Below are positions 50,428 through 64,000 of a stretch of DNA of 64,000 nucleotides, in pieces. Position 1 is the stretch's first letter; every line of letters starts with the position of its first letter. This DNA is from Octopus vulgaris. Lineage: Eukaryota. Made by a program: the position numbers and the translations under genes. The notes under the pieces are model-generated. The model saw nothing but the letters and a program-made list of their open reading frames with translations. It searched no databases and was not told the DNA's origin. The stretch spans positions 8,990,001 to 9,054,000 of the forward strand of contig OX597841.1 of the NCBI GenBank assembly GCA_951406725.2, given 5' to 3'.

Positions 50428-51172
50428 CCCTTTCATTACTGTATTTATTTCGAGATGCTCTGTGTTTCTTTCAATTATTTCGAATATAACAAAGAATTTA
50501 GTAAAATATCTTAGTTATCATTCAGCCAGTGTTAGGAACATAAACTGTGACTAAGTTTTGGTGGAAGATTTTAATTCAAACCTTTAAAAAACAAGACATT
50601 TGTACTCAGAGCCAGAGCCAGTTTCAGCCAGATTGGTATCGAAAGGGTTAAAAACACCTCTACATTTCGGTAGATGGACATTAGAAGCAGTAGAAAGGGT
50701 GTGGATTGAAAGAAATTTAGGCTATTATTTCTAGCATATAGAGTGACCACACTGAGGTCTTCTCTCATGTTTTCTGCTGATTATTTCTCTTCTTAAACCT
50801 TTTGTTACCATATTTCTGTTGAGACATTCTGTGTTTCTTTCAGTTAATTTTAAATATAACAAAGAATTTAGTAAAATAACTTAGTTATTCAGCCAGTGTT
50901 AGGAACATAAATTGTGACTAAGGTTTGGTGGAAGATTTTAATTCAGAACTTATGAAAACAAGACATTTTACCACAGAGCCAGAGGCGGTTTCAGTCGTAT
51001 TGGTATTGAAAAGGTTAAATATAACAAAGAATTTAATAAAATAACTTATCATTAAGCTAGTGTTAGGAACATAAATTGTGTCTAAGGTTTGGTGGAAGAT
51101 TTTAATTCAGAACTTATGGAAACAAAACATTTGTACTCAGAGCCAGTTTCAACTGGGTTGGTAATGAAAGGG
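50428..51172. mobile_element. Three copies of a piggyBac-type MITE (50428-50647, 50797-51014, partial 51017-51172)
   Basis: TTAA-CCCTTTC...GAAAGGG-TTAA; shared body TATAACAAAGAATTTAGTAAAATA. Confidence 0.8.
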
Positions 51173-51407
51173 TCAAGACATATGCTAGTTCACAAGAACA
51201 TTCCTTCAGAATCAGATTCTAAAAGGCAAAGATGTAGAAGAAACTTGAATAATATCTGTCACTTGTTTTAAACCTGTCAGTCAGCAGCTGGCCTTAAAAG
51301 TCATTTAAGGGCCCATCAACGGAGTGGTTGTACTGTGTGATGGAGTGGTGTGTGTTGATGGGACGGTTGTCATCTATCAAGATGAAGCAATCATCATATA
51401 TCTGCAT

Positions 51408-51619
51408 ACTCTTTACTCGTTTGCTTGTTTCAGTCATTAGACTGCGGCCATGCTGGAGCACCACCTTTAGTCGAGCAAATCGACCCCGGGACTTATTCTT
51501 TGTAAGCCCAGTACTTATTCTATCGGTCTCTTTTTGCCGAACCACTAAGTGATGGGGACGTAAACACACCAGCATCAGTTGTCAAGCGATGGTGGGGGGA
51601 CAAAGACACACAAGCATAT

Positions 51620-51650
<31 letters not shown>

Positions 51651-52295
51651 CATATATACGACAGGCTTCTTTCAGTTTCCGTTTACCAAATCCACTCACA
51701 AGGCATTGGTCGGCCCGGGGCTATAGCAGAAGACACTTGCCCAAGATGCCACACAGTGGGACTGAACCCGGAACCATGTGGTTGGTAAGCAAGCTACTTA
51801 CCACGCAGCCGTGTTCTAGTTAATGTTACATGATTTGAGGGACCAGACTACAATAAGGAGCTCAACATATTTTGAATGCAGATTACATATCCATTTGCAT
51901 TTCAAACTCTTCTACTCTTCTTGTTTCAGTCATTTGACTGCAGCCAAGCTGGAGCACTGCCTTTAGTTGAGTAAATCACCCCCAGGACTTATTCTTTGTA
52001 AGCGTAGTACATATTCCATCGAACCCCTTTTGCTGAACTGCTAGTGTTACGTGGACGTAAACACGCTAGCATCAGTTGTCGAGTAACGGTGGGGGGACAA
52101 ACGCAGACCCACAAATACATACATATATATGCGACGAGCTTCGTTCAGTTTCCGTCTACCAAATCCCCTCACAAAGCTTTGGTCAACCTGAAACTATAGT
52201 AGAAGACACTTGCACAAAGTGCTATGCGGTGGGACGGAACCCAGAACCATGTTGTTGGGAAGCAAGCTTCTTACTGTACAGCCACTCCTGTGCCT
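51408..52295 (-). mobile_element. Two family A SINEs (51408-51811, 51907-52295)
   Basis: Both match the family. Confidence 0.8.
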
Positions 52296-52645
52296 ATGTT
52301 AACAGATAATATTTAAAGATCATAATTGTGATTTTTGAGGATTGTGGGATAACACAGAGGAACAGCATGCCACCTGTAAGCTCAAAGTTTGAGTTTACAC
52401 ACATATATGTGTGTATCTATATATACATACACATGTATACACATATACATGCACATATATATCTACATATATATATATATACACACATATATATGCATAC
52501 ACATATACATACCTTTTTAAACCAGGTACATATTATATCAGTCACTTTTGCTGAACTGCTAAGCTATGGGGATGTAAACACACCAACACCGCTTGGCAAG
52601 CAGTGGCAGAGGGGGACAAACACACACATATATGGGCTTCTTTCA

Positions 52646-52681
<36 letters not shown>

Positions 52682-52739
52682 CAGAATGAGATAACAAAAT
52701 CAAGGCTGTGAGGAGTTTCCAGGACATTGATAAGGAAAT

Positions 52740-52790
52740 AGCTTTACAGCTGTTTCTGGGATATTATGCATATCCCTTCATCATTGGCTG
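52740..52790 (-). ncRNA. Degenerate hammerhead motif
   Basis: Minus strand aTGATGA a GGGATAT gcata ATATCCC a GAAA CAGCTG TA aagct; C3 and the 5' strand of stem I are lost. Confidence 0.5.
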
Positions 52791-52885
52791 CGTTGTTGGA
52801 GTATTAGGTTGAATACCTTGCTACATGAGTATCAAACCTCTGTGGTCAGAGATCAAATCCTGCCACGGTCAACCTTGCTCTGGCG

Positions 52886-52927
<42 letters not shown>

Positions 52928-53199
52928 GTGTGTGTGTGAAGAAGTGTGGCCTCAGGGTTAGGGAATATGGTTCATGATCAAAAGGTCCTGAGTTTGATAG
53001 CTGGCAGTGCATTGGGTCCTTGAGCAAGAAAGACACTTTATTTTATGTTGCTCCATCCACTCAGCCGGCTAAAACGTGTAGTACCTTTAATTCAATGAGC
53101 CAGCTTTTGTCACACTGAACCTCCCTGAGAACAATGTTTAGGGTATATTTGTCTGTGGAATACTCAGCCAGTTGCACATTAATTTCATGAGCTGGTTCT

Positions 53200-53703
53200 T
53201 TTATTTATTTCAGTCATTTGACTGTGACCATACTGGAGCACTGCCTTTAGTTAAACAAATCGACCCCCAGGACTTATCCTTTGTAAGCCTTGTACTTATT
53301 CTATTAGTCTCTTTTGCTGGATTGTAAAGTTACAGGGATGTAAACACACCAACATTGATTGTGAAGCGATGGTGGGGGTACAGACACACAAATACACACA
53401 TATACATACGACAGGCTTCTTTCAGTTTCCATCTACCAAATCCACTCACAAGGCTTTAGTCGACCCACAGCTCTAGTAGAAGATGCTGGCCCAAGGCTGT
53501 AGTAAAAGATGCTGGACCAAAGTGCCACACAGTGGGACTGAACCCGGAAACATATGGTTGGGAAGCATGCTATTTACTACACAGCCATGCCATATATATG
53601 ATGGGCTTCTTTCAGTTTCAGTCTACCAAATCCACTCACAAGGCTTTGGTTGGCCCGAGGCTATAGTAGAAGACACTTGCTCAAAGTGTCATGCAGTGGG
53701 ACT
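53200..53703 (-). mobile_element. SINE family A with partial tandem duplication
   Basis: Family match; head region repeated at 53590-53703. Confidence 0.7.
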
Positions 53704-54029
53704 GATACAATTTAGTGCCAGTGTTATTACAAATGTTGCTGATGGAATACAGAGAGCCTGAAGAGATATTGCAAGGCATTTATCTGACACTCTGACAGTT
53801 TTATGAATCTATCACCTTTGTTTGATACATTGTTGACCTCGAAAGGATGAAAACTGAATTTGGCCGCAATGGGATTTGAACACAAAGTACATAGAATCAG
53901 AACAAATACCACAAGGGATTTTTATCTAATGCTCTAATGACTCTACCAATACTGCAAGGTGGAGATAACTTATGAGTCAGTAATTATCATATGTAGAGTG
54001 AAATAGCAGTATTAACATTGACTGAGATA

Positions 54030-54770
54030 TAGGGGCAAAGGAAAAGCTCTGGTAAGAAGCAATCAGAGAGGCATCAAATTGCTGAACCAAATTATGGAAT
54101 TACAGAAAGGGCTAAGGTGTAGTTAATTAGAAAGGAAAATAGCTTAGATAAGGTGCAGTTCAGGTTTATCATAGAATGGGGTATCTCAAACGTGTCCTTT
54201 TTAGTGAAACAGTAACAGAGGTTCTTGACTAAGAATAGGCTGCTATATCTATTTGTCAACCTGGAAAAGGCCTCTGGTAGAGTACCTGACCCCATAGTCT
54301 GGTGCTTCCTAAGAAAAAACACAGGTGTAAATAGTTTGTAAAAAAACTAGGTAAACTGCACACAGAGAAGCTGACAGAGAGAGAGTAAGCAAGGGATTTA
54401 GTGTGTTAGTGAGGGTCACATCAAGGCTCAGTTCTCATCCGCTCCTGTTTGTTATAGGCCTTCCAGGCGTTTACAAAGAAATTTTATATGGCCCTTTTTT
54501 TTTTTTTTTTTGAAGGAACTCTTTTATACCATTTATAGTTTTCATAGAGGAACCTGTTGAAAATTTCAGAGATGACATTTGAAATGGAAAAGTGAAAGCT
54601 AGAATTAAGATGTCTAAAGGTAAGCCAAGAGAAACTAGGACCGAGAAATCTAAAAGTAAACCTAACGAAGCTAGAATCAAGAGGGCTAAGGGCAAACCTA
54701 ATGAAGTTGCAATTGAGCGATGATTGAGTAAACTTAGAGAAGCTAGAATCAAGAGGGCAAAGGGATTGTT
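54030..54770 (+). pseudogene. Decayed RTE-clade reverse transcriptase
   Basis: GKGKALVRSNQRGIKLLNQIM, LDKVQF, FVNLEKASGRVP, HQGSVL.PLLF, LESRGLRANL, with stops and frameshifts. Confidence 0.75.
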
Positions 54771-55186
54771 ATTTCTACCACTTCTATCTACCATGTAGAT
54801 GTCTCCCTCATTGGCTCATAGATAAGACAGTAGGAAGTGATTTGAAAAAGACTTGGCTGGTATTTTTACCAGGTCAAGCTACCATGTATACATAGATAAG
54901 GGAGTAAGGTGTGATTTGAGGGAGATTTGGTTGTTATTTCTAATTGTACCTACTTTGTAGTGGTTGTCCTCAGTAGCTCATATATACCCAAAAATATACA
55001 CATAAAACAATAAGTTGTGTTTGAAAAGAAATTTGGCTGTTATTTTTAGCAGGTCTACCTACCACATAGAGGTCATCCTCACACACACCCACATCAAAGA
55101 GTAAGGTGTGATTTGAAGATTTGGCTGCTACTTTTAGCAGGCTTAGCTACCATGTAGAGGTCTACCTCACTGCCTCATAAATACAT

Positions 55187-55237
<51 letters not shown>

Positions 55238-55601
55238 CATAAACAAGTAAGGTACGATTTGAAGGAGATTTGGTTGCTATTTTTAGTGTGCTTACCTACA
55301 ATGTAGAGGTCTCCCTCACTGCTTCATAAATACATATATACACGCACACACACACATGAAAAAGTAAGGTAAGATTTGAAGGAGATTTGGCTGCTATTTT
55401 TAGCAGGCCTAGCTACCATGTAGAGGTCTGCCTCAGCAGTAACTGTTGTAGGAGTAGTAGTAGTAGTAGAAGTGATTGTAGTTAAGTGCAATGTATAGAC
55501 AGTTCCAGGCAGTGATTGTCTTGATGGTGATGGTCACCTTCACAAATTTATTAGAGGCAAAAAACCCAGCTGCAACAGTAAAGACCCTAATTTGAATAAA
55601 C

Positions 55602-55659
<58 letters not shown>

Positions 55660-55683
55660 AATGTGTGTGTGTATATATATATA

Positions 55684-56061
55684 TTCTTTTATTTGTTTCA
55701 GTCATTTGGGTGTGGCCATGCTGGAACACCGCCTTTAGTCGAACAAATCGACCCCAGGACTTATTCTTTGTAAGTCTGGTACATATTCTAACGGTCCCTT
55801 TTGCCGAACGACTAAGTTAAAGGGATGCAAACACACCAGCATCTGTTGTCAAGCGATGGTGGGGGTGACAAACACAGACACGAACACACATATATACGAC
55901 GGGCTTCTTTCAGTTTCCGTCTACCAAATCCACTCACAAGTCTTTGGTTGGTCCGAGGCTATAGCAGAAGACATTTTACTCAAGGTGCCATGCAGTGGGA
56001 CTGGACGCGGAACCATGTGGTTGGTAAACAAGCTATTTATCACACAGCCACTCCTGCGCCT
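55684..56061 (-). mobile_element. SINE family A, full length
   Basis: Family match. Confidence 0.82.
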
Positions 56062-56149
56062 ATTATATTTATATATATATATATAATGTGTTTGTGTGTG
56101 TATGTATATATGTGTAAGTATTTGTATGTGCATATGTATAATTACATGC

Positions 56150-56882
56150 ATGTGTGTGTGTATATATATATCTAAAAGTATGTATATATTTATGTAGCTA
56201 TGTATGTGCGCATGTATATATATATATATGTCTAAATGCATGTATATATTTATGAAGATATGTACATGTATGTGTGTATATATATATATGTGTGTCTAAA
56301 AGTATGTATATATTTATGTAGCTATGTATGTGCGCATGTATATATATATATATGTCTAAATGGATGTATATATTTATGAAGATATGTACATGTATGTGTG
56401 TATATATATATGTGTGTCTAAAAGTATGTATATATTTATGTAGCTATGTATGTGCGCATGTATATATATATATATGTCTAAATGGATGTATATATTTATG
56501 AAGATATGTACATGTATGTGTGTATATATATATGTGTGTCTAAAAGTATGTATATATTTATGTAGCTATGTATGTGCGCATGTATATATATATATATGTC
56601 TAAATGCATGTATATATTTATGAAGATATGTACATGTATGTGTGTATATATATATGTGTGTCTAAAAGTATGTATATATTTATGTAGCTATGTATGTGCG
56701 CATGTATATATATATATGTCTAAATGCATGTATATATTTATGAAGATATGTACATGTATGTGTGTATATATATATGTGTGTCTAAAAGTATGTATATATT
56801 TATGTAGCTATGTATGTGCGCATGTATATATATATATATGTCTAAATGCATGTATATATTTATGAAGATATGTACATGTATT

Positions 56883-56927
<45 letters not shown>

Positions 56928-57085
56928 CTAAAAGTATGTATATATTTATGTAGCTATGTATGTGCGCATGTATATATATATATGTCTAAATGCATGTATA
57001 TATTTATGAAGATATGTACATGTATTGTGTATATATATATATATATATATGTGTGTGTCTAAAAGCATGTATATATTTATGTACC
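56150..57085 (+). repeat. ~122-bp tandem repeat, ~7.5 copies
   Basis: TCTAAAAGTATG at 56171, 56296, 56417, 56539, 56661, 56781... Confidence 0.9.
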
Positions 57086-57613
57086 CTACATGTGTGTATA
57101 TATACATAAATATATATATATGTATGTATATGTACGCATATATGTATGTATATATATGTATATATACATTGAAAAATATGTATATTTCTATAGATATGTG
57201 TGTGTGTATATATATGTATATAGATGTATATATGAACACAAGAATAAAATAAATTAAAAACAAACTGAAAAATCAATCAAAATTTTATATTAAGATTAAA
57301 TTAAATAACAAACAAACAAAACAAACAATTAGTTTACAAAAAAAAATAATTAAAAAATCAAATATGAAAGAACAAATAATAAAATGAAATAAAACAAACA
57401 AAAATAAAATAAGAAATAAAATCAGGTTTGAAAATTTTTTTTTTTTGAAAATTTATTTTTAATTTTCTAATTTACTTTTAATTAAAACAGGATTCTTCTC
57501 TTTGTTGCTGTTGTTGTTGTTCGTAGCTAAATTCGGTTGTATTGGCCATTCTAATACTTTTCATTACACGAAGAGTGTGTGTATAAGTTTATATAAATGT
57601 GCATGTATGTACG

Positions 57614-57645
<32 letters not shown>

Positions 57646-57685
57646 CACACATATACATATTAATATAAATGTATGTATACATACA

Positions 57686-57724
<39 letters not shown>

Positions 57725-57746
57725 TGTATGTATGCATATATGCATG

Positions 57747-57781
<35 letters not shown>

Positions 57782-58476
57782 TGTATGTATGCATATATGC
57801 ATGTATGTATATATATATATATATTCTCCCTATATGTATATATGTCTGTATGCATATATATATACATACATACACACACATAATTTATTGTCCATATGTG
57901 CAGGTGTATACATATATCTGTATGTGTGTGTGTGAGTATATATATATGTATGTATATATATGTATATATCTGTGTATATTATGTAGCATGAGTCTGTTTG
58001 CCTGTGCATCTGTGAAGTCATCAGGGTATAGTCGCAGGTCAGCCTCCAATCATGTATATAAAACAGACATACCAACGATCAAATGCATTCCAAAAGTGAC
58101 CATCCCATCTAATCAGTTTTTAAAAAAAAAAAAAATATTTTTTTATATATATGTATATATAATTTTTTTTTGTTCGTATTTCCAAGCACAGTGATAAAAA
58201 ATACCTAAGGACTACATTTGTTTCAAAAATTTTTTTTTTTTTTTTTTTGTCTTTGGATAAATTATTATTTTTTTGTTAACGATTAGGAAAGGGTCGAAGA
58301 TTTGAGGTGGGAGGAGGCGGTGGTGGTGTTGTTGGCGGCGGCGGCGGTGGTGGTGGTAATAGTAGTGTCAGTGAAGGAGGAGGGATGCCTTGATCGTTTT
58401 CCTCGCTACATCTAGCGCAAACGACTACCCCTAACCCTCCAACTACCAATTGGTTTTTTCTTGTGTCTATGAGCCT

Positions 58477-59046
<570 letters not shown>

Positions 59047-59549
59047 GTAACTCCGATTCCAAACAAAGAAACAAAACAAAAAATATTTCATAATAACATA
59101 AACAATATTGTCATAATAATAATAATAATAATAAAAAAAGAAAAAAATTAAATGTATTTTTTTTTTTTGTTACTGTTCATGCAGTCAACCTCGTTCAAAG
59201 ACGAAAGCTGTTTTTTTTTTTTTTTTTTTGTAATTTATCTGAGGTAATGAAGGAGCGTGCTCGTCTCTGACGGAGCCTGGCTACATGAGTCGTTCATTTG
59301 GATCATGTAGCATTTCGGTAGTTTTTTTTTTTTTTTTGAGGGGAGGGGGGATAGATTTTTTTTTTCCTTCTTTTTTTTAGTATTTTAAAAATTCTTTTTT
59401 TTTTTCTTGTTTTCTTTGCTCTCCCCACCCACCCCCCGCCCCCGAAATAAACTTAATCACTAAAGATAACAGACAAAAAAATGTAAATAAATAAAAGCAC
59501 GTACACAAATATACATCAAAAATAAAGAAGCATCTTTCTATCTCCACAC

Positions 59550-59588
<39 letters not shown>

Positions 59589-59835
59589 TGTATGTAGATA
59601 TCAATCTATATATATATAATAATTATTATATATATATATATATACATACATGTATGTATGTAGATATTAATCTATATATATACATATATATACATACATG
59701 TATGTATGTAGATATCAATCTATATATATATCTATATATATATATATATATATATACGTACATATATGCATGTATATATCAATCTATATATATATATATA
59801 CACGTACATACATACGTGAATATATGCATATATTC

Positions 59836-59881
<46 letters not shown>

Positions 59882-60104
59882 ATATATTTACGTATATATA
59901 CAGATGTCTCTGTATATATGTACATATATAAATGTATTTGTATATATATGTGCATGTGCGTGTGTAAATATATATATAAAATATATTCTGTGTGTGTATA
60001 TATATATTCTACATGCATCTTTGTGTATATATGTGGGGTGTGGATGTGTGTATGTATGCATATATATATATATATATACTACATGCTTGTGTGTGTGCAT
60101 ATAT

Positions 60105-60144
<40 letters not shown>

Positions 60145-60468
60145 TGTGTGTGTGTATATATAAACATACATGTAAATGTTTGCAGTTTTATATGTATATA
60201 CATTATGTATTAAGTGTAGATATCTGTATAGATATATGCAAGTATGTGTATAAACATAATTCTGAGGATGTTTGCATCTTTATATATATATATATGTAGT
60301 GTGTGTATATCAGTATGTATGTGTATGTAGTGTGTGTATGTATGTATGTGTATGTATATCTATATTTATATACATGCATATATATATATCAAGGTATATG
60401 GACTTGTATAAATATATGTATACACCTACTTCCACGTAAACAATCAGATATATGCTTACACACACTCA

Positions 60469-60508
<40 letters not shown>

Positions 60509-60638
60509 CATATTCACAATGTATATACATACACACAAATAGACACACATATATATATATATAAAACTACAGATATGTATATGTACATACGTATATATTC
60601 ATAAACATAGATATGATAAATATGTTATACATAAGTAT

Positions 60639-60685
<47 letters not shown>

Positions 60686-60834
60686 TACACTCTCATATGT
60701 ACTTAATCATTATACATACATGTTCGTGTGTATGTGTATATTTTAAAAATAAATGTAAAGAGAAACATAGCAGATGTTAAAAATCATTTGGCTCACAGTA
60801 CATATATACACACATACACATATATATAAACATG

Positions 60835-60890
<56 letters not shown>

Positions 60891-60908
60891 AACTCACACA
60901 CACATTTA

Positions 60909-60939
<31 letters not shown>

Positions 60940-61322
60940 TGTTCTTTGTGTAATTATTATTGTTGTTGTTGTCGTTCTTGTTGTTGCTATCACAGCTAAG
61001 CTGAACATCGAAAAAAATAAAAAGGATTTTAAGTGAAAACTGTGTCGCATAAAGAATAAACAAAAAAAAATAACAAAAAAGATAAAGAGAAACAAAAACA
61101 GGAAAAAAAAAACAATTAACAAAAAGTCTATAAATAAATAAGCTGTTAACACTGGATGGTGGTGGTGGCGGCGGCGGCGGCTGTTTTGGCTTTGGTGGTG
61201 GTGGTGGTGGTAGTGGATAACATGTCTGTGTGTACATATATATGCTTGTGTGAAAGTGTCTGCATGTATGTGTGTGTGTGTGTCTATGTATGTATATATA
61301 TATATATGTGTGTGTGTATGTT

Positions 61323-61353
<31 letters not shown>

Positions 61354-61359
61354 GTGTGT

Positions 61360-61705
61360 GTGTATGTATATATGTATGTATGTTTTGTGTGTGTGTATAT
61401 ATATATATATATGTATGTTTTGTGTGTGTGTGTATATATATGTGTGTTTTGTGTGTGTATATATATATATATATATGTTTTGTGTGTGTGTGTGTATATA
61501 TATATATGTATGTATGTTTTGTGTGTGTGTGTATATATGTATGTATGTTTTGTGTGTGTATATATATATGTATGTATGTTTTGTGTGTGTGTATATATAT
61601 ATATGTATGTATGTTTTGTGTGTGTGTATATATATATATGTATGTATGTTTTGTGTGTGTGTGTGTATATATGTATGTATGTTTTGTGTGTGTATATATA
61701 TGTGT
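61360..61705 (+). repeat. Minisatellite GTATGTTTT(GT)n(AT)n
   Basis: ~9 variable-length units. Confidence 0.85.
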
Positions 61706-61718
61706 ATGTGTGTATGTG

Positions 61719-61753
<35 letters not shown>

Positions 61754-62385
61754 CTTTGTGTATACATATATATATGCATAAAAGTATGTGTGCTTGTGTG
61801 AATATACAAGTGTATAAATGAATGTTTCCTTGTGTGAATGTAAGTAATATATAGATATACATACATACATTTATATGTGTATATAGATATATGCACACAT
61901 ACATACATACATACACACATATGTGGGTTTACTTGTGTGAATGTGTGTATACACACATACATATACATATATACACACATACATATGTGAGTATACTTGA
62001 GTAAATGTGTGTATATTTGTGTGAATGTGTTGTGTATGAATGTATGTATTTGTATATATGTGTGCTACAATGTGTATATATATTTTAGAGTGTATATGTA
62101 GTTATATACACACTTGTATATCTGTCTATATATATATGTAATTTTGTTTGTATATATGAATTTATGTATATAGGTGTGGAGACCTTTTTTATACCCCTGT
62201 AAACCCCCTGCCAAATAGCGAATTAAAGACCTCTCTTGTATGCCCTAACATAGGTATTACCCTTGGACTCCCTAAATATGTAGGTCTTCCCTTTAGATAT
62301 CTGCTCTGAGTACTTGTGATGCCTTAAGCCTACACTGAGTGTATGTCTCTATATCTAATTGTACATATGTTTGTATGTAAGTGTA

Positions 62386-62423
<38 letters not shown>

Positions 62424-62539
62424 AGGGTTCTTTGTGCGTGTGAATAGTTATTTGTTTTTTGTCTGTGTTATGTATGTATATATATGTGTGTGTGTGTGTA
62501 AATGTTTAATGATGAGAATGAGTGCATTGGTGGGTAGAA

Positions 62540-62728
62540 TTTCTTTATTTATGTATTAAGTCTACCATTGGTTTCATGTTCAGAAAAATACCTTAATATC
62601 CTAACAATTATTCAAGCCAATCACATGGGGCAAAGGTGTTTGTCTCCATTTTGGATGAATAATTGTGAAGATATTAAGATTTTTCTGAACCTGAAACCAA
62701 TGGTAGCCTTAAAGCACAAATAAAGAAT
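62540..62728. mobile_element. Diverged Penelope-like fold-back (~80-bp arms)
   Basis: 62540-62620 is a reverse-complement match to 62651-62728; right arm has GAAA CCA a TGG TA, then AATAAA. Confidence 0.5.
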
Positions 62729-63447
62729 ATATACATACATACATACATATATCTATCTATCTATATATATATATATATATATATAAATCCATACAGTTGT
62801 GGGTTTGCTTGTAGGTAAGTATCTATGCGTGCGTGAGAAGTGTGTAGGCATGTATATTTTATGTATGGCTGTATATGTGTTTGTCTATTTATGTGTATAT
62901 ATGTAGGTAGATGTGTGTGCTTGTGCATGCAGACAAGTATATGTTTGCACATGTATGAGTGGAACGCGTGTATATATTTATACATATATACATGCGGGTC
63001 TATATGTATGCATATACGTATATAAATATATGTGTAGTGTGTTAACATATGTCTTTATAAATGCATGCTATATGAATATATATGTAATATATAGACACGA
63101 AATAACATATACACATAAGACAAATATATACATATATGTTATGTTTGTGTGTGTTTGGTATGTTCAGATGTATATGTATATATATATATATATGTAGGTA
63201 GATGTGTGTATGTATGTATTTGTGCATATTGACAAGTATATCTGTATGCACATAGGTATGAGTGGAACTCGTGTGTATATTTATGTGTGTATGCATGTAT
63301 GTGTTTAAATATGTATATATATATATATATATGCATGTATGTATATTTATGCGTAGAGAGTTAACATTTTTGTTTACATGTCTTTATAAACACATGCGAT
63401 ATAAACATATATGTATATATATATGTAATATATATAGACAGTAAATA

Positions 63448-63488
<41 letters not shown>

Positions 63489-63594
63489 TGTGTATATATA
63501 TACATATGTATATGTGTATGTGTTCGGTATGTTTGCATGTGTACATGTTGGTAGATATGAATATATGTATACACTTATGTATATGTGGAACGTG

Positions 63595-63638
<44 letters not shown>

Positions 63639-64000
63639 TATGTGTGTGTGTGTATATGTATATATATACATATACATGTGTATATTTATGTTTACAAATA
63701 CGTCTTTATAAGTACATGCTATATAAGTATATATATATATAATACACAGCCACTAAATATCATATACATATAAGACTTATATATATATATATGTGTGTGT
63801 GTGTGTATATATATATATGTGTGTGTTTGTATGATGTGCCTCGTCGTAAAAAAAAAATTTGATCACATTTGCAGGAAGGGTGGATTATATAACAGAGGTA
63901 CAGGTGGTAGTGGTGGTGGTGGTTGGTGCTGGTGGTTGCACTGGTGGTAGTGATGGTCATCGTGGTGGAGGAGGTAGCGGTGCTGGTGCTGCTGCGGTGG

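Overview
AT-rich, repeat-saturated eukaryotic DNA with no recognisable host exon. The SINE and microsatellite landscape suggests a coleoid cephalopod such as Octopus (inference). The largest feature is a near-intact ~6.15 kb Tx1-clade LINE (ORF1 CCHC knuckle; ORF2 APE-RT-CCHC) inside a (TCTA)n microsatellite, whose only three frame breaks lie in homopolymers. Other elements are a young 5'-truncated CR1-like LINE, four tandem RTE-BovB 3' ends interleaved with non-autonomous Helitrons, three different R4/Dong 3' ends in a (TAA)n island, an old RTE RT, hAT, piggyBac and GG-terminal MITEs, several SINE families and many mini/microsatellites. The ORF track does not show a cluster of minimal type-I hammerhead ribozyme motifs at 20.9-25.5 kb, several in Penelope-style fold-backs. 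Two are canonical, one has a compensatory G3-C8 core swap, and one has a ~375 bp local duplication inside loop II. Almost all other ORFs are microsatellite artefacts. Coordinates were read by eye and diverged repeat boundaries are approximate.
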